A stretch of DNA of 59,702 nt, taken from the NCBI GenBank assembly GCA_013115145.1, contig JAAPAO010000160.1:1-59702 (forward strand). The letters are read 5' to 3'. The stretch comes from Perkinsus chesapeaki ATCC PRA-425 (taxonomy: Eukaryota > Protista > Perkinsozoa). Within the stretch, counting starts at the first letter, position 1. Each line of letters begins with the position of its first letter. Below the pieces are notes generated by a model. That model searched no databases. It saw only the letters and a program-made list of their open reading frames with translations, and was not told the origin of the DNA. Below, one piece after another: positions 48,197 to 59,702 of the stretch. The translations under genes and the position numbers were made by a program.

Positions 48197-50849
48197 ATGG
48201 GAAGTGTAAGCCACCGGAACCTGTACAAGTCCCAGTTGTGTTGCCGGGGGTTCTTCGAGTCTGATGGAATATGTCCCCCGAAGGCTATGAAGCATTCTCA
48301 GTGTCAAGACATAATAGGATACTCGGACCTAGTGCAGGAGGAATGGTGACATGCATTCTCACTGGGATGATATGATGTTCCTCTACTAGCACTTGTGTAT
48401 GGCGTAATCGCTTGATAGAGTTGAACTGTTCAGGTACCGGGAAATTGCCCAGCAGCTAGCAATCAGCTTCGCTCGAATGGAGCTGGACCCCAGCTTGAGG
48501 TTGCTCAGCGACGAGTCACATCGGCCAACCGTTAAATACATTCTCGAAAGCGTAAGCGTAACGTAACGCGCATGCCTTGGTTCATTTTGGGGCCTCCCCA
48601 GAGGAGATAGGAAGTGCGGGTGATATTTCTTGAGCAGGTGCGCGAGCAGCTGAACTCCTGTACTGGTGTGGGAGAGCTCTTCTACAACGTGAGTGAGATA
48701 CCCAAACTGCTGGAAAACGCAGACGATGTGGTTCACGTACCAGTAACAGAAGTGAGGATCTTTAGCACCTGGCATCGCTAGTGGCGGCATCATTCAGACA
48801 CATTCGGTGACCTTCCGGCACAGCTTGACCCGACTTGCTAACGAGGCTTCCTTGTCGGCTACTGTGTGGAATGCAGTGGCGGCATCCGGGCAGACTCAGC
48901 GGGGATATTCTGCACTTTACCAACCCGATCCTCACCAACACGATTCTGATAGTCAGTCGGCGAGCGAAGCCAGGAATAGCAGTGAATCCCCTCGGCGAAG
49001 TGAGTCCGAAGAACTTAAATATCACGGACTTCTGTCTCCGTTCAGATGCGCCTGCAGGAGACGAAAGCACTCCGGAGTCCGGCCTCTCACTGGCGTGGAA
49101 CAGTGGTAGCTCCACAGGGCCCTCGTTGAGCTCGGCGAGCTGGATAACCGAGCCGCAATCAGAAGAGGATAATGAGCGATGTACCGGCCTCCCTCCGTTT
49201 ACTAGAACATCGACATGTATTACTCGTTCAGTTCGACGACGAGATTTGCAGCACGTCGCAGCGTCGCCGATCGAACCGTTCCAGATGCCCTTCCCTCAGC
49301 TAGCTTTGGTGTCCTTGGATGATAGCGAAGACGATAATGACCACCGAATGCGACCGCCGGCGTGTCTAGGCGGAACTGATGAAGTCGATTTGTTTGCCTC
49401 TCAAGTGTGCTACTACTTTAACATTTCTCACCAGGACGGCGGCCTCCATCAGATACTTCACCTCTGCAACGGTCTGCGGACGGTGTGGGAGATTTCCGAG
49501 ATGGCATGCGCAGCTAACTTGTCAATGACCACCGAGTGTTTGGAGAACCTTGTCGCTATAGGGGTGGGTATTGGTGCGTTGCGCCGGCCGTTTTATGGAG
49601 TGATACAGTGCGCGTCATCTGGATCGGAATCGATTTGTTTCTGACGTACAAGTAGTTCGGGCTCGATCCCTTCGCTATCTACTTTAGATAGGGTTCTTGT
49701 TGCAGTGTAGGGATTTGGCTTTGTTCAGGCGGTGTTCATGTTGGATCCAATAGACGCCCATTCCCACTACATGGTGAATGCAACAGAGCTTCACTCTCAC
49801 TTTGACGATGAGCTAATTCGGGTAAGCCGTCCATGGTATACGATTTTGGCGATGTTGGTGTTCCAGGCGGACGCAGTTAGATTTGTCTGCCCCGATCTTG
49901 CGGAGACGCTTGCCAGCATGGAAGAGGAATGTTTGATGAGCTCGCCGCTGGGCTCTCGAGCATCGTCGTTAGCCGACTGGCTGATGGGCTCTGATTTCGA
50001 AGGTGGGCCCGAAACGGCTTCCAGTCTACTCCTAATGCATTCTCAGAGCGTCGTTCGGATGTACCTTCGCTGCCGCCGAGCAGGTGGGAGTCTGCAGCAG
50101 AAAACATATATCGCCTTTACTTGGAGATGGATCAATCCCTTCCCCTCGGCGAGTGGCTGAAGAACAAGTGGCACCATTTCAAGGCAGCCTCAGCAAGCCC
50201 ACGGCACTTTGTGGTCTACGGCCTGGTTATGGGTATACTGCGGCCTATGCGCCTGTAGGGTTGGGGCGATTGGCAACCTTGGTGCGACGATGGCTGGTCT
50301 TAGGTTTCCAACATTAAGCCCGTCTGAGCTACATGAGGTTAGGTCACAGGTGATCACTATAGACTTCCCTGTCGATCCTCCCCAGGTAACTATCATCCCA
50401 CAAGTGTCTTGTTTATCTTGCCCGTAGGTACACTACAGGCATCCCGTGGGGAAGCTTGGCGGTCGACCTGAGCCCACCCCTCAGTCTAAAGCATGGCCTG
50501 TGAAGCAAGCATTCTTGACTCGAGAAGAGCAGGCTTTGGCCAGACAGCAGGAGATTCTGGTGGGCATCCGTAGCTGCTGCTCCATGCGGGTTTGCGAATA
50601 GAACGATACTGTCGTCCTTGGCAATGCGGCACAACTGTGCTTGCTTTTTGATATGTTACTTGTAGCACTGTTCAATTTCAGACGATGTGTAATGGCTCGC
50701 TATCTGTCGACCATATCATTGAGCAATTTAACGAGCGACCCGAGAGAAGAGGACAATCATACAGAATGATGAACCGTGACGAAGCTTTTCGCTTACTCGA
50801 GGATGCCGCCAACTCAAGCACTATTCATTTGTATCTCATTTGGAAATAA
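48197..50849 (+). CDS. NPRL2: NPRL2-like GATOR1 subunit, multi-exon (start uncertain)
   Basis: HQILHLCNGLRTVWEISEMA...TECLENLVAIGV, YREIAQQLAISFARMELD and terminal ...MCNGSLSVDHII...HLYLIWK* resemble NPRL2 from memory; not confirmed by a search. Confidence 0.55.
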
Positions 50850-50927
50850 TGTTTCTACAAATCCTCTTGTGTTCTTTCACATGATACCGAGAAGTCAGGC
50901 ACGTCACCAGCGCACACAAGAATCTTT

Positions 50928-51158
50928 AATTCGATGATGAGAACGTTTAATACCTTGTTACAACCAACACCACAGTCCTAGTATGGACACAGTAGTATAT
51001 AGTAATCGTAGTATATGAATGCAAACTTATTACAGTGATGCACTAGCCTAGCTAAGCGCACGCGTGCAAGATGGAGACACATACACAATAGAGGCACAGA
51101 CTTGCGTGAAATCTTGCGCACTTGCAATTACGTAATATTCAGAGCTTGTCCCTGAATT
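50928..51158 (-). repeat. 3' LTR
   Basis: Identical to 57479-57709. Confidence 0.95.
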
Positions 51159-51234
51159 CTCCCGCCGAGCAAAGGAAATACAATAGATATACGAGTTGAA
51201 ATGATAGATTCGCAATAATCAATTAATTAATCTT

Positions 51235-54200
51235 TCACCTTCCAGGCGGGGGGAGTACCACAAGAGGAGGTAAATCACCAAGATTCCACTCGAAAGGTAA
51301 TCGATTCAAATACTGATTGGATGGAACAGGGGGAGCAGTATGAACGGGAAGTGTAGAATTCGCTTCAGTTGCAACACCACTTTCTGCCATCGTAGTTGTC
51401 ATGGTCGGCTTCGCACTGGCTTCGTCTTCAAAATGGTTGGCAGAGTCGTCTTGAGCAGTAGTTGAAGGCCATGGCGGAATAGGAACAACATTAGTAACCC
51501 AAGCCTTGAAGCAATCTCCATTAAAACCTTGTAGTAGGACAGTGGCGCCGTCAACAGGTGCCGCCACTCTAAATGGACCTTTCATCCGAGCTTGTAGTTT
51601 AGCGTTAGTGGTTACATAATGATAAACTTCAGTACCAACGGGTAGATCACAATTGCGACCATGGCGATGCCCTTCTAGGACCCTAGCACGAGACTTCTCG
51701 CGCTGACTTTCCCAATACCTCAAATACCCTAGGACAGAGACACGGTGGCTTTCCAGGGCAGTTTCTCTGAGGCGTTGGGCTGAGCGAGAGTCGGTAACCG
51801 GAACTAGACGTGTAGCAAGGTTACCCACTGATGGGTTATCCTTATCCAGAAAGGCTTGTGGAGTATAATGTGGAAAGAGCAGCATCCTCGGTGAGACCCA
51901 GAGCTGGTCATCGAGTGGTATATCGTTGAGGCTATTAGCGGCGTCTACCACTACTTCCCACCATTGCTTTTTGTTAGTATGGTCGTTCACTGTAGATTTA
52001 ACTGCCCTGGTTAATTCCCTATGGGAACGTTCCCACAGGCTGAGCTCGGGACAGTAAACTGGAGTAGCTAGTTGCTGAACACCCCGATTGGTAAGCCAAG
52101 TCGATACCCCTTTAGATAAAAATGCTTTAGCATTATCATGCATAATGATGGTAGGTGTAATCGTGTTACTGAACACGCAGTTGAGAGCCGTGATGACCGA
52201 AGACGCCGTCACACTACCATGAAGCAGGTAAGTAGATAGGAATCCGGATACCAAGTCAGTAAGAACCAAACATCCTGACACCTCTTTTGAAGCATGGCCA
52301 CCAGCGTTGGGCATTTGGACTTGAGGTAAGTACAGATCCATTCCTTGCACTTGACCAGGTAATAAACTGCTGACATTCTTAGCTCCGGCTGATGTATTGA
52401 ACGTCCTCAGTGACTTCGTTCGGATACATGGCCGACACAGCTTCAACGCGTTTTTTACATCCTTCTCGAGACCAGGCCAATAATAGAGGGACCGTACCTT
52501 CCTAACCAAAGCTCGAGATCCTAGATGAGAGTGTTCAATGTGAATGGTGAGAATAATTTTACGTTGTAGATGGTGTGCTCCTCGGCCGATAACACGTTGG
52601 TGGATGATCTCGCCGTCAGGACGTTGTAGAACACCACGGTATAGTTTACCGTCTATGATAAGATACAAGTTAGCCGAACGCTTGATCTTCTCAATCGGCA
52701 GGGAACCATCAATCTTCTGACCGTTGAGATATAAGTAAATAGCATTGAAGAATGTGTCAGTAGCTAGTGATTCACAGATGAGGGCATCTAAAGAGGCAAG
52801 GTCTGATTCTGTGAGTTGAGGTAGAGTATCATCTTCTGGTAAAGGAACCGGCATCTGTCCGGCTCTCGGAGATAGATGACAGAGCGCGAGGTCTTCGTTG
52901 TCCTCGATGCAACCGTCTTCAGATACAAGCTGTTCACTAAGACTTGGCACTTCATAACAAGGTCTCAGTTGTAGATTGTCCAAGAGTAACGATAAGGACT
53001 CCATGTCTACAACTGGGGAAGTGTGACACCTCGACGCACCATCAGCCAAGTTCAACGCAGAGGGAACATGAACTACTACCGCCGGAATAGGGAGTCGGAG
53101 AAGATCGTCTCGGATAGCCAATAGACGCTTGAGGTCAAACTCGGAGAGCTGCCTTTTCTTACCGTGCTTGGCCTTAATCAACGCCTCGTCGTAAGTCATG
53201 CGACCCAGCCAGCGTAATCGTTGTAAATTAATCAGGCTATCGGTGCAAATAATGACCGAAGATGTCGAATACCGTAACCTCGCCAAGTCGCATAGTCTCT
53301 TCACTTCTGCCGATGCTTGTTGAAGTGCATGTAGTTCCTTCCTTGGGGTTGTTCCCACCTCAGGTGCAGTAGTGGAGCCACTGACAATCTGTGATATAGA
53401 GTTAGACTTCGTTATCGGAAAGAGACCACCTCTGCCTTTAAGTCTGGGGGATATGGGGCACTGTTTATCTGGCAGACGTAGACGAGCTCGAACATCTATG
53501 GCCCAACCAATACCACTTGCGTCACAGCTGACAATGATCTGGCTGGACCCATCAACAAGAGGACCGCTATCTAGAGGAATGAAACGAGGAACGGCGTTCA
53601 AGTTAGAGACCACATCAATCCAGTCATTGACTTCTTGTACAAGCTCACGACGCACCAGTTGGTTCCAACTCTCCTTAGCATTAGGCGATGAAATAGACTG
53701 TACGATGCGCCTCCAGATAAGGCGGGCCTGCATACTATATTCCAAGTATCGACCCAGTGGGTCATAAAGAGCAGATAATCGTTTGCTGAGCGCTTTCTTA
53801 GTAACATTATCATGTTCGGCCTTCTGGACATCGAAGATCAACTGTAAACCGTCGCTCGTAGTCACCTTGTAACCTAATAGTGTTTTATTGGCGTCATCGG
53901 GAATCCTCCACGTGCTGAACTGTTTGGCCTCGGGAAAGGTGAACCCTCGGAAGTTAGCAGCAGCCTCCATCAGGTTCTTGTTGTACTCAACTTGACGGAC
54001 ATGATAGCCTGCCAGAAGCCAGTCGTCAACATAATCTTTCCAGCACGGCTCACGCAGAAGATTCACGAACTTATTGTCAGCGTGCGTGGGGCGAGTAAAA
54101 GCGGCTTGGAGGACTGGAAGAGAATAGTCATGACCAATACAATAGTGAGGTGGTAAACTGGGACACGGATCCGGGAAATCGTTTGGTGATATTGCCAATG

Positions 54201-57200
54201 TAGATGTCAACGACCGAGCTTCTGTAGCAACCTCGCCGGTGGCCAACTCGAGACCTGCCGGACTCGCATTGAGTCCGAAGGCCATCGACGCCCATAGGAG
54301 AAGGATAGGAACCCCGGAAGAGCTTGTGCTAGCTGTAGGCTTCTGAATTAAAGTTGCACATAAAGCTGATGAGCGTGGAGTCCACAGCACTTGATTGAAG
54401 GCGGAGGCAATGTCCATACAGTGCGCTACTGGCCTTGTGCATGCAGTGACAAGAAACGACTGAAGGTCCCATCGAGTCCGTGTAGGGGGAGTCAACAACC
54501 GGTTGCTATAGCGGGCATCATAGACCACTCTACATGGGGTAGTGAGACTCGCCTTAAAAACGAACTGTGATGGGACGAATAGAGGATAATGCCTCTGTAA
54601 GTAGTCATCGCAGGCCAAGTAGGTATCTCGAACAAGAGGGTTCCGAGAGTACAGTCTTGCCAACACCGACCTAGGTGGAGGCTTAGCCGTACATCGCAAT
54701 GGCATATAACCAACGAAACCAGACGCTAAGAGCTTCTCTATAGCAGTATCAATCTGCCGAAACTCTTCGGCAGTACGTCCCTTAAGTGAACGTTGTGCTC
54801 TGCTGACCGTTGCATGCCACCCATGACACTCGTAATTCTCGACATCGTTCGGCTTGAAGTCAATGACAAGTCGGCCACCACGTGTATAATCTACCAGTAG
54901 AGTATCAGAAGGTGTAGTTGGGGAGGTGGTGGTCGTAGAAGCGGCATCCGTATCTAGCAGGCTCGGGTATGTAGTACTTGGTTGATCCAAATGGTGGACA
55001 GATTGAAGAGCCAGACGGAAAAACCCCCCAGGGGCGTAGCCGGTATCCTCTACTGCAGGAGGAAGCAACAGCATCAAGGACTTATCCTCAATCACCACCG
55101 TGCCGGAATGGCCTCCTGTGGCAGCCAACGTGTTGAACACTTCTGTCGTCGGAGTCGTCGACACATTAGGGGTGTCGGAAGTACCCGTGAGGATCTCAAC
55201 AATGCCATCTGAACTGAAGCTCAGCCTTGCCTGCAGAGCAAACAGTGATGGTACTCCTATTACCACAGGGTAGGATAGCCTATCTGTGACATAGGCTTTT
55301 ACCGTAGCAGAGGTTTTTGGGGATGTTAACGTCAATGAGCAAACACCGAGTAGTTTAATTTGGGTCTGATTGTCAGCTAAAGTGGCACTGGCAACACCTT
55401 CTCCCGAGCTTGAGGAATGTAGTCGTAAGTTGGCCTTCTCGGCGAGCTTTTTCAGCACATCGATTCGGATGAAGGTACCGGAAGCACCTGTGTCCCAAAG
55501 AGCTAAGGCACAGACCGAGGCAGATGAAGGAGAGTCTGGTAACCCTACCTTGATAGATGTACATGGCTGTGTCGGTGTATTAGTAGTACCAGAGGAGAGC
55601 TCTGCAACCGCGAGAGAGACCTCTCTGTTAGGCGAAGTAGGGGGAGTCTTAGTGGGAGACCGAGACTCAGTGGAGTCTGGCAGGGAGATGGAGAAAATCT
55701 CAAGCTTGGGGATATCACAACCAATCTCCCCATCGATACGAACCAAATTATTGGCAGGAGGTGTAGCCTTGGGCTTCTCAAGTTGTTGAATTTGAGTGAG
55801 ATCATAAGGGCAAACTCCGGAACGATGAGGATGTTGATCAGGTAGAGACGGATGATTACCACAGCGTTCACAGCTTAATGCACTAGCTGGTGTTCTACAC
55901 TCGGCAGCGGAATGAGATGCTGCACCGCAGTGACATCTACTAGTGACATTACGAGGGGCCGGGGCCGAGCAAAGAATTGCTCTATGACCACCCTTATAGC
56001 ATCTACGACAACCCCGGTTCTTAAAATTATGAGGCTTGAAAGTATGAGCCCGACCTTCAGAGGCCTGGTTAGGGTCACCGTTGGGGCCAGCCTCAGAATC
56101 AATAACCGTCTTGAAATTAACGTTATTGCCGCCGTCGTTAGTAGAGCTTCCAGTCGGCTTAGTGGTAGTAGTAGATGTGGTTGTACTAGAGCTACTTGAA
56201 GTCATCGATGATATATTCGGAGGAGGTTGTGGAACATAGGGACGTTGAGGACCAACCGTTCTTGAGCGTTTCCTTAGAGCCCTGCATATGTCCAGTACCG
56301 TCTCGAATGTCACCGGTGCGCCAAGTTGGTGGGCAGAGACCAACGCATCATAAAACCAACCTCGGAAAGGATCTCCAAGAGACATCATTATGGAGTTGCT
56401 CATGTGGTCGATATCTAGTTGGACGGCACGAGAGGACGAACAGAACTTGAGCTCGTCAAGTAGCTCCTCAGCCTTTTCCAAGTGTTTGCTGAGAATCTCA
56501 TTTTCTTGCCTTAAGTTTAAAACTTTCTGTAGAATGCTGGTGACATAGACCGAGTCGGTGTAATGCTCGCTTAGGTAAGAAAGACTGAAACCATAGAACT
56601 CCTCGTAGAAATAGCGGGACCTCAAGTTTTGAGCCGATAGTGAATCTCTCCCATAGGCTCTTTTAATCTCTTCCCTAATCTTGGGCTCGATCACGCCACC
56701 CATAAAGGCTCGAACCGAGCTTACGTCGTGGGGTGAGCACCATTTGGCAAGACAGAACATTTCCCACTTGCGTAGTATAGTGGAAATAGGCTCTGAAGAA
56801 TCGGAGTCGTTGAACGGAGCGTTGCCCTCATCTCGCCATTGTGACGTAAGGTGCTCTGAGGTACGCGTAGCACCTCGCCACTCTTCATCAGACACATGGT
56901 CTGTGAATCTCGAAGAGCGGTTTGTAGAGCTGTACCGGGGTACCTTCAAGAAGTTTGCGGGTACCTCTTGTTGTAGCTGAGGAGGATCACGAACTTGGAC
57001 AGGAGGGGCGATGTTCACGCGTGCCCCAGAGTGTTCTTTCGAGTAGGGCAAGTCGAAATCAAGAAGACTCGGGTGGTCCTCTACGATTGCTCCTTGGCGT
57101 GGATGTTCACGTACCGGTAGTTGTGGTTGTTGAGGATCTTGGCGTGGATGTTCACGTACCGATAGTCGTGGTTGTTGAGAATGATGTTGAGATACTTGTT

Positions 57201-57468
57201 CATGCACTGCTTCTGGATAGGCTACCGTTAGTGCTGGGCTTAGTCTAGTGCGTCTCGTACCTTTGCGAGTTAGAGGAAGACTGTACAACCGTGTATATGT
57301 ACCAGCCAGTCTATTCGACCGTCGTGTACCGACAGTTAGTCGGGACTCCGGTAGTGGAGTGCTATCGGACGATTTAACCGGCTTGTCTTGACCATCTTGA
57401 GAACCTTTAGCAGTACCGATGTGAGCTTCTTCTTGATCGACTTTTCCAGAAGTTGGGCTTGTCGTCAT
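51235..57468 (-). CDS. Gag-Pol polyprotein, 2077 aa: 3 Zn knuckles, protease, RT, RNase H, integrase
   Basis: CRRC..H..C / CHC..H..C / CERC..H..C; LWDTGAS; RVVYDAR, DIASAF, AFGLNASP, YVDD; TKKALSKRLSALYDPLG, CDAS, TPRKEL, TDS, HVPSALNLADGASR; HHCC, D-D-E, KGPF. Confidence 0.95.
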   Translation of the reverse strand: MTTSPTSGKVDQEEAHIGTAKGSQDGQDKPVKSSDSTPLPESRLTVGTRRSNRLAGTYTRLYSLPLTRKGTRRTRLSPALTVAYPEAVHEQVSQHHSQQPRLSVREHPRQDPQQPQLPVREHPRQGAIVEDHPSLLDFDLPYSKEHSGARVNIAPPVQVRDPPQLQQEVPANFLKVPRYSSTNRSSRFTDHVSDEEWRGATRTSEHLTSQWRDEGNAPFNDSDSSEPISTILRKWEMFCLAKWCSPHDVSSVRAFMGGVIEPKIREEIKRAYGRDSLSAQNLRSRYFYEEFYGFSLSYLSEHYTDSVYVTSILQKVLNLRQENEILSKHLEKAEELLDELKFCSSSRAVQLDIDHMSNSIMMSLGDPFRGWFYDALVSAHQLGAPVTFETVLDICRALRKRSRTVGPQRPYVPQPPPNISSMTSSSSSTTTSTTTTKPTGSSTNDGGNNVNFKTVIDSEAGPNGDPNQASEGRAHTFKPHNFKNRGCRRCYKGGHRAILCSAPAPRNVTSRCHCGAASHSAAECRTPASALSCERCGNHPSLPDQHPHRSGVCPYDLTQIQQLEKPKATPPANNLVRIDGEIGCDIPKLEIFSISLPDSTESRSPTKTPPTSPNREVSLAVAELSSGTTNTPTQPCTSIKVGLPDSPSSASVCALALWDTGASGTFIRIDVLKKLAEKANLRLHSSSSGEGVASATLADNQTQIKLLGVCSLTLTSPKTSATVKAYVTDRLSYPVVIGVPSLFALQARLSFSSDGIVEILTGTSDTPNVSTTPTTEVFNTLAATGGHSGTVVIEDKSLMLLLPPAVEDTGYAPGGFFRLALQSVHHLDQPSTTYPSLLDTDAASTTTTSPTTPSDTLLVDYTRGGRLVIDFKPNDVENYECHGWHATVSRAQRSLKGRTAEEFRQIDTAIEKLLASGFVGYMPLRCTAKPPPRSVLARLYSRNPLVRDTYLACDDYLQRHYPLFVPSQFVFKASLTTPCRVVYDARYSNRLLTPPTRTRWDLQSFLVTACTRPVAHCMDIASAFNQVLWTPRSSALCATLIQKPTASTSSSGVPILLLWASMAFGLNASPAGLELATGEVATEARSLTSTLAISPNDFPDPCPSLPPHYCIGHDYSLPVLQAAFTRPTHADNKFVNLLREPCWKDYVDDWLLAGYHVRQVEYNKNLMEAAANFRGFTFPEAKQFSTWRIPDDANKTLLGYKVTTSDGLQLIFDVQKAEHDNVTKKALSKRLSALYDPLGRYLEYSMQARLIWRRIVQSISSPNAKESWNQLVRRELVQEVNDWIDVVSNLNAVPRFIPLDSGPLVDGSSQIIVSCDASGIGWAIDVRARLRLPDKQCPISPRLKGRGGLFPITKSNSISQIVSGSTTAPEVGTTPRKELHALQQASAEVKRLCDLARLRYSTSSVIICTDSLINLQRLRWLGRMTYDEALIKAKHGKKRQLSEFDLKRLLAIRDDLLRLPIPAVVVHVPSALNLADGASRCHTSPVVDMESLSLLLDNLQLRPCYEVPSLSEQLVSEDGCIEDNEDLALCHLSPRAGQMPVPLPEDDTLPQLTESDLASLDALICESLATDTFFNAIYLYLNGQKIDGSLPIEKIKRSANLYLIIDGKLYRGVLQRPDGEIIHQRVIGRGAHHLQRKIILTIHIEHSHLGSRALVRKVRSLYYWPGLEKDVKNALKLCRPCIRTKSLRTFNTSAGAKNVSSLLPGQVQGMDLYLPQVQMPNAGGHASKEVSGCLVLTDLVSGFLSTYLLHGSVTASSVITALNCVFSNTITPTIIMHDNAKAFLSKGVSTWLTNRGVQQLATPVYCPELSLWERSHRELTRAVKSTVNDHTNKKQWWEVVVDAANSLNDIPLDDQLWVSPRMLLFPHYTPQAFLDKDNPSVGNLATRLVPVTDSRSAQRLRETALESHRVSVLGYLRYWESQREKSRARVLEGHRHGRNCDLPVGTEVYHYVTTNAKLQARMKGPFRVAAPVDGATVLLQGFNGDCFKAWVTNVVPIPPWPSTTAQDDSANHFEDEASAKPTMTTTMAESGVATEANSTLPVHTAPPVPSNQYLNRLPFEWNLGDLPPLVVLPPPGR

Positions 57469-57478
57469 CCCGGTAGAA

Positions 57479-57709
57479 AATTCGATGATGAGAACGTTTA
57501 ATACCTTGTTACAACCAACACCACAGTCCTAGTATGGACACAGTAGTATATAGTAATCGTAGTATATGAATGCAAACTTATTACAGTGATGCACTAGCCT
57601 AGCTAAGCGCACGCGTGCAAGATGGAGACACATACACAATAGAGGCACAGACTTGCGTGAAATCTTGCGCACTTGCAATTACGTAATATTCAGAGCTTGT
57701 CCCTGAATT
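57479..57709 (-). repeat. 5' LTR
   Basis: Identical to 50928-51158. Confidence 0.95.
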
Positions 57710-57843
57710 CTTTGTCCCATCGATTATTCGGGCGCAGCGAAAGCTGCAGTCGTGCTAGTTAACTGGTAGAGTTCGTTCGTTGAACATTCTCGTAGATATA
57801 CTTTATTTTTCTTAGAGTGTTAAACTGGTTTTCTCATTTAAAT

Positions 57844-58691
57844 ATGCTTTCTCGTGTCGCTACTGGATTCACGCCTGCTGCCTTGGCGCCTGCTAGTCGC
57901 ATGGCCGCCTACAGGTGCTTCTCAGTCGCCGCTGGTGATGCCCTTCCCGATGTTACTGTTAGGGAGGCTGACCCAGGTATTCCCTCAGCTTCAAACCACT
58001 TGCTCGATTCCTCCCGTCCTTAGGTGACACCAAATCGCTTCGCGATATTTTTGGCAACGACAAGGGCATCCTTTTCGGCGTTCCCGGCGCCTTCACTCCC
58101 ACCTGTGATCAGTCTCACTTGCCTGGGTAAGCAGTAGCTCCAATGTGCCAAGTAGTGTGCTCTGTGATGCTAATATATGAAACTCGTTCCACTTCATCGG
58201 ATTCTGAAGCAGCACCGACAATGGATGCTCGTGACTTATGATCTTCTCTCTGAGAGCAATTCGCCAACCAGCTTCCTTGAAGCTTTCTTGTGCTTGCTTG
58301 CTTGACTGTCACATCTTCAGATTCATCCGTGATTACGACAAGCTGCAGCAGAAGGGTGTCAAGACTATTGCTTGCATGGCTGTTAACGATCCCTTCGTGA
58401 TGCAGGCTTGGGGCAAGATTAAGGGTGCCGACGGAAAGGTCCGCATGCTCTCCGATGTTGATGGTGATGCCGCTAAGGTAACGCGATACTTTTTTGGTTG
58501 TGAAGGAGTTCAAGTCATATCCTTTTCAGGCCCTCGGTACCAACTTCGATGCCAGCGGCGTTCTCGGACCAATCCGTACCAAGAGGTTCGCTGCTATCAT
58601 CGACAACGGCAAGATCAAGGACCTCGAAGTCGAGCCCGATGGAACTGGTCTCTCCTGCTCCAGGTCATCCAACATCATGGATAAGCTTTGA
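57844..58691 (+). CDS. PRDX5: Peroxiredoxin-5-type (atypical 2-Cys), probably mitochondrial, 4 exons
   Basis: Arg/Ser/Ala-rich N-terminus, GVPGAFTPTCDQSHLPG, VNDPFVMQAWG, RTKRFAAII, EPDGTGLSCS. Confidence 0.93.
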
Positions 58692-59161
58692 AGGAGTTGT
58701 TAAGATCGACTCGTTACTCGAGTGGCTGAAGCATTGACCCCTACTTGAAGGATAGTCGCTCGCCACTGAGTAAGCATACCTTAATGCTATATCTCATTCA
58801 GAATAGTTTAGACTTGCATTGTTGAGTTAATAGTGATGATGTCAAATGAGAAGTTGGGGAGTGAGGCAATTTGTGTGTAACTGCTATGTGAGTTTACGCC
58901 TTCCGAGTGTCTCTAATTCTCACGCTGATGTTAGTTTTCGTTGGGCCCTTTTGGTTGCGTCAAATATCAATACACGATGTGACACTAACAGATGGGTTTG
59001 CCAGTTGTGTAAATTATGCTTGTGGATCACTAGTTCCATGAAAAGTCAAGCATGATACTCCGTCTGTTTGTGCGGTTTAAACGTGGGATATTTAAACCCG
59101 AATTGATTGGGGAAATAAATCCTGAGCTATTTTGGGATATAAAATCCCTAGCTATTTATAA

Positions 59162-59250
59162 TATCCAAGCGTTTCAGAGTATCTAAGCGTTTCAGAGTAT
59201 CCAAGCGTTTCAGAGTATCCAAGCGTTTCAGAGTATCTAAGCGTTTCAGA
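59162..59250. repeat. 18-bp minisatellite tatc[c/t]aagcgtttcagag x5
   Basis: Directly visible. Confidence 0.93.
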
Positions 59251-59702
59251 TTCAAACGTAGCTCAGAATGAATAACCCAATTGGAGCACTTCTAAGTTGT
59301 AGGCAATAAGTTCAATCTGTTATAATGGATGCATTGCTGACCTCACTGATTACAAACATTTATATTGTGAGACACCTAAGGGTAGTCACTGAACAATCAA
59401 CATTTCGATTAGTCTTTATGAAGAGGTCAAAACATATCGCCGATGATGTGTAATAGAAGATCGTTCCACTTGATCGGATTCTGAGGAAAGACCGACAATG
59501 GTCACCGTTGATCTTTAATCTTCTCTCTGAGGTTGCCAAGATACCCCGACGTCACACTAGGGAAATCCATTCAAGTTGTTCAGTTGCTTTTCATTTTACA
59601 TCTCTTTATTCATCCAAGAAGTTCATAAGTTGTTAAGATGTTCCGTTCATTCTCTTGACGCAACTCGTTGATGGATGCAGGCATAATGAATGAGTGAGTA
59701 GG

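Larger units (their letters stand above)
50928..57709 (-). mobile_element. Full-length BEL/Pao-type LTR retrotransposon (6782 bp)
   Basis: Identical 231-bp LTRs (50928-51158, 57479-57709), CTTT TSD (50924-50927, 57710-57713), PPT-like GGCGGGAG next to the 3' LTR, single gag-pol ORF. Confidence 0.95.

Overview
Gene-dense, intron-rich eukaryotic window with very short (about 30-65 nt) GT-AG introns. The gene content and style suggest an alveolate protist, probably Perkinsus (inference, not database-confirmed). Genes that can be spliced together by eye: VPS11, farnesyltransferase alpha, CCT8, an ER DnaJ-thioredoxin protein, a TBC RabGAP, a PTPS-III-type pterin synthase, two intronless BBE-like FAD oxidases, 7-unit polyubiquitin, RPL37, a NIFK/Nop15-like RRM protein, ELP3, a CAAX/CPBP protease, an NPRL2-like gene and a PRDX5-type peroxiredoxin. 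There are two intact tRNAs: Val-CAC (inside a VPS11 intron) and Ser-CGA. Mobile DNA: an intact 6.8-kb BEL/Pao-type LTR retrotransposon with identical 231-bp LTRs, non-canonical AATT termini, a 4-bp TSD and no recognisable PBS; a 948-bp hAT-like non-autonomous element with an 8-bp TSD; and several long palindromes. The most unusual signal is that many short introns of unrelated genes consist largely of tRNA fragments (T-arm/B-box plus acceptor strand), often at a fixed distance from the GT donor, and in one case the donor GT lies in the former anticodon. Exon boundaries were deduced manually and are approximate unless stated.
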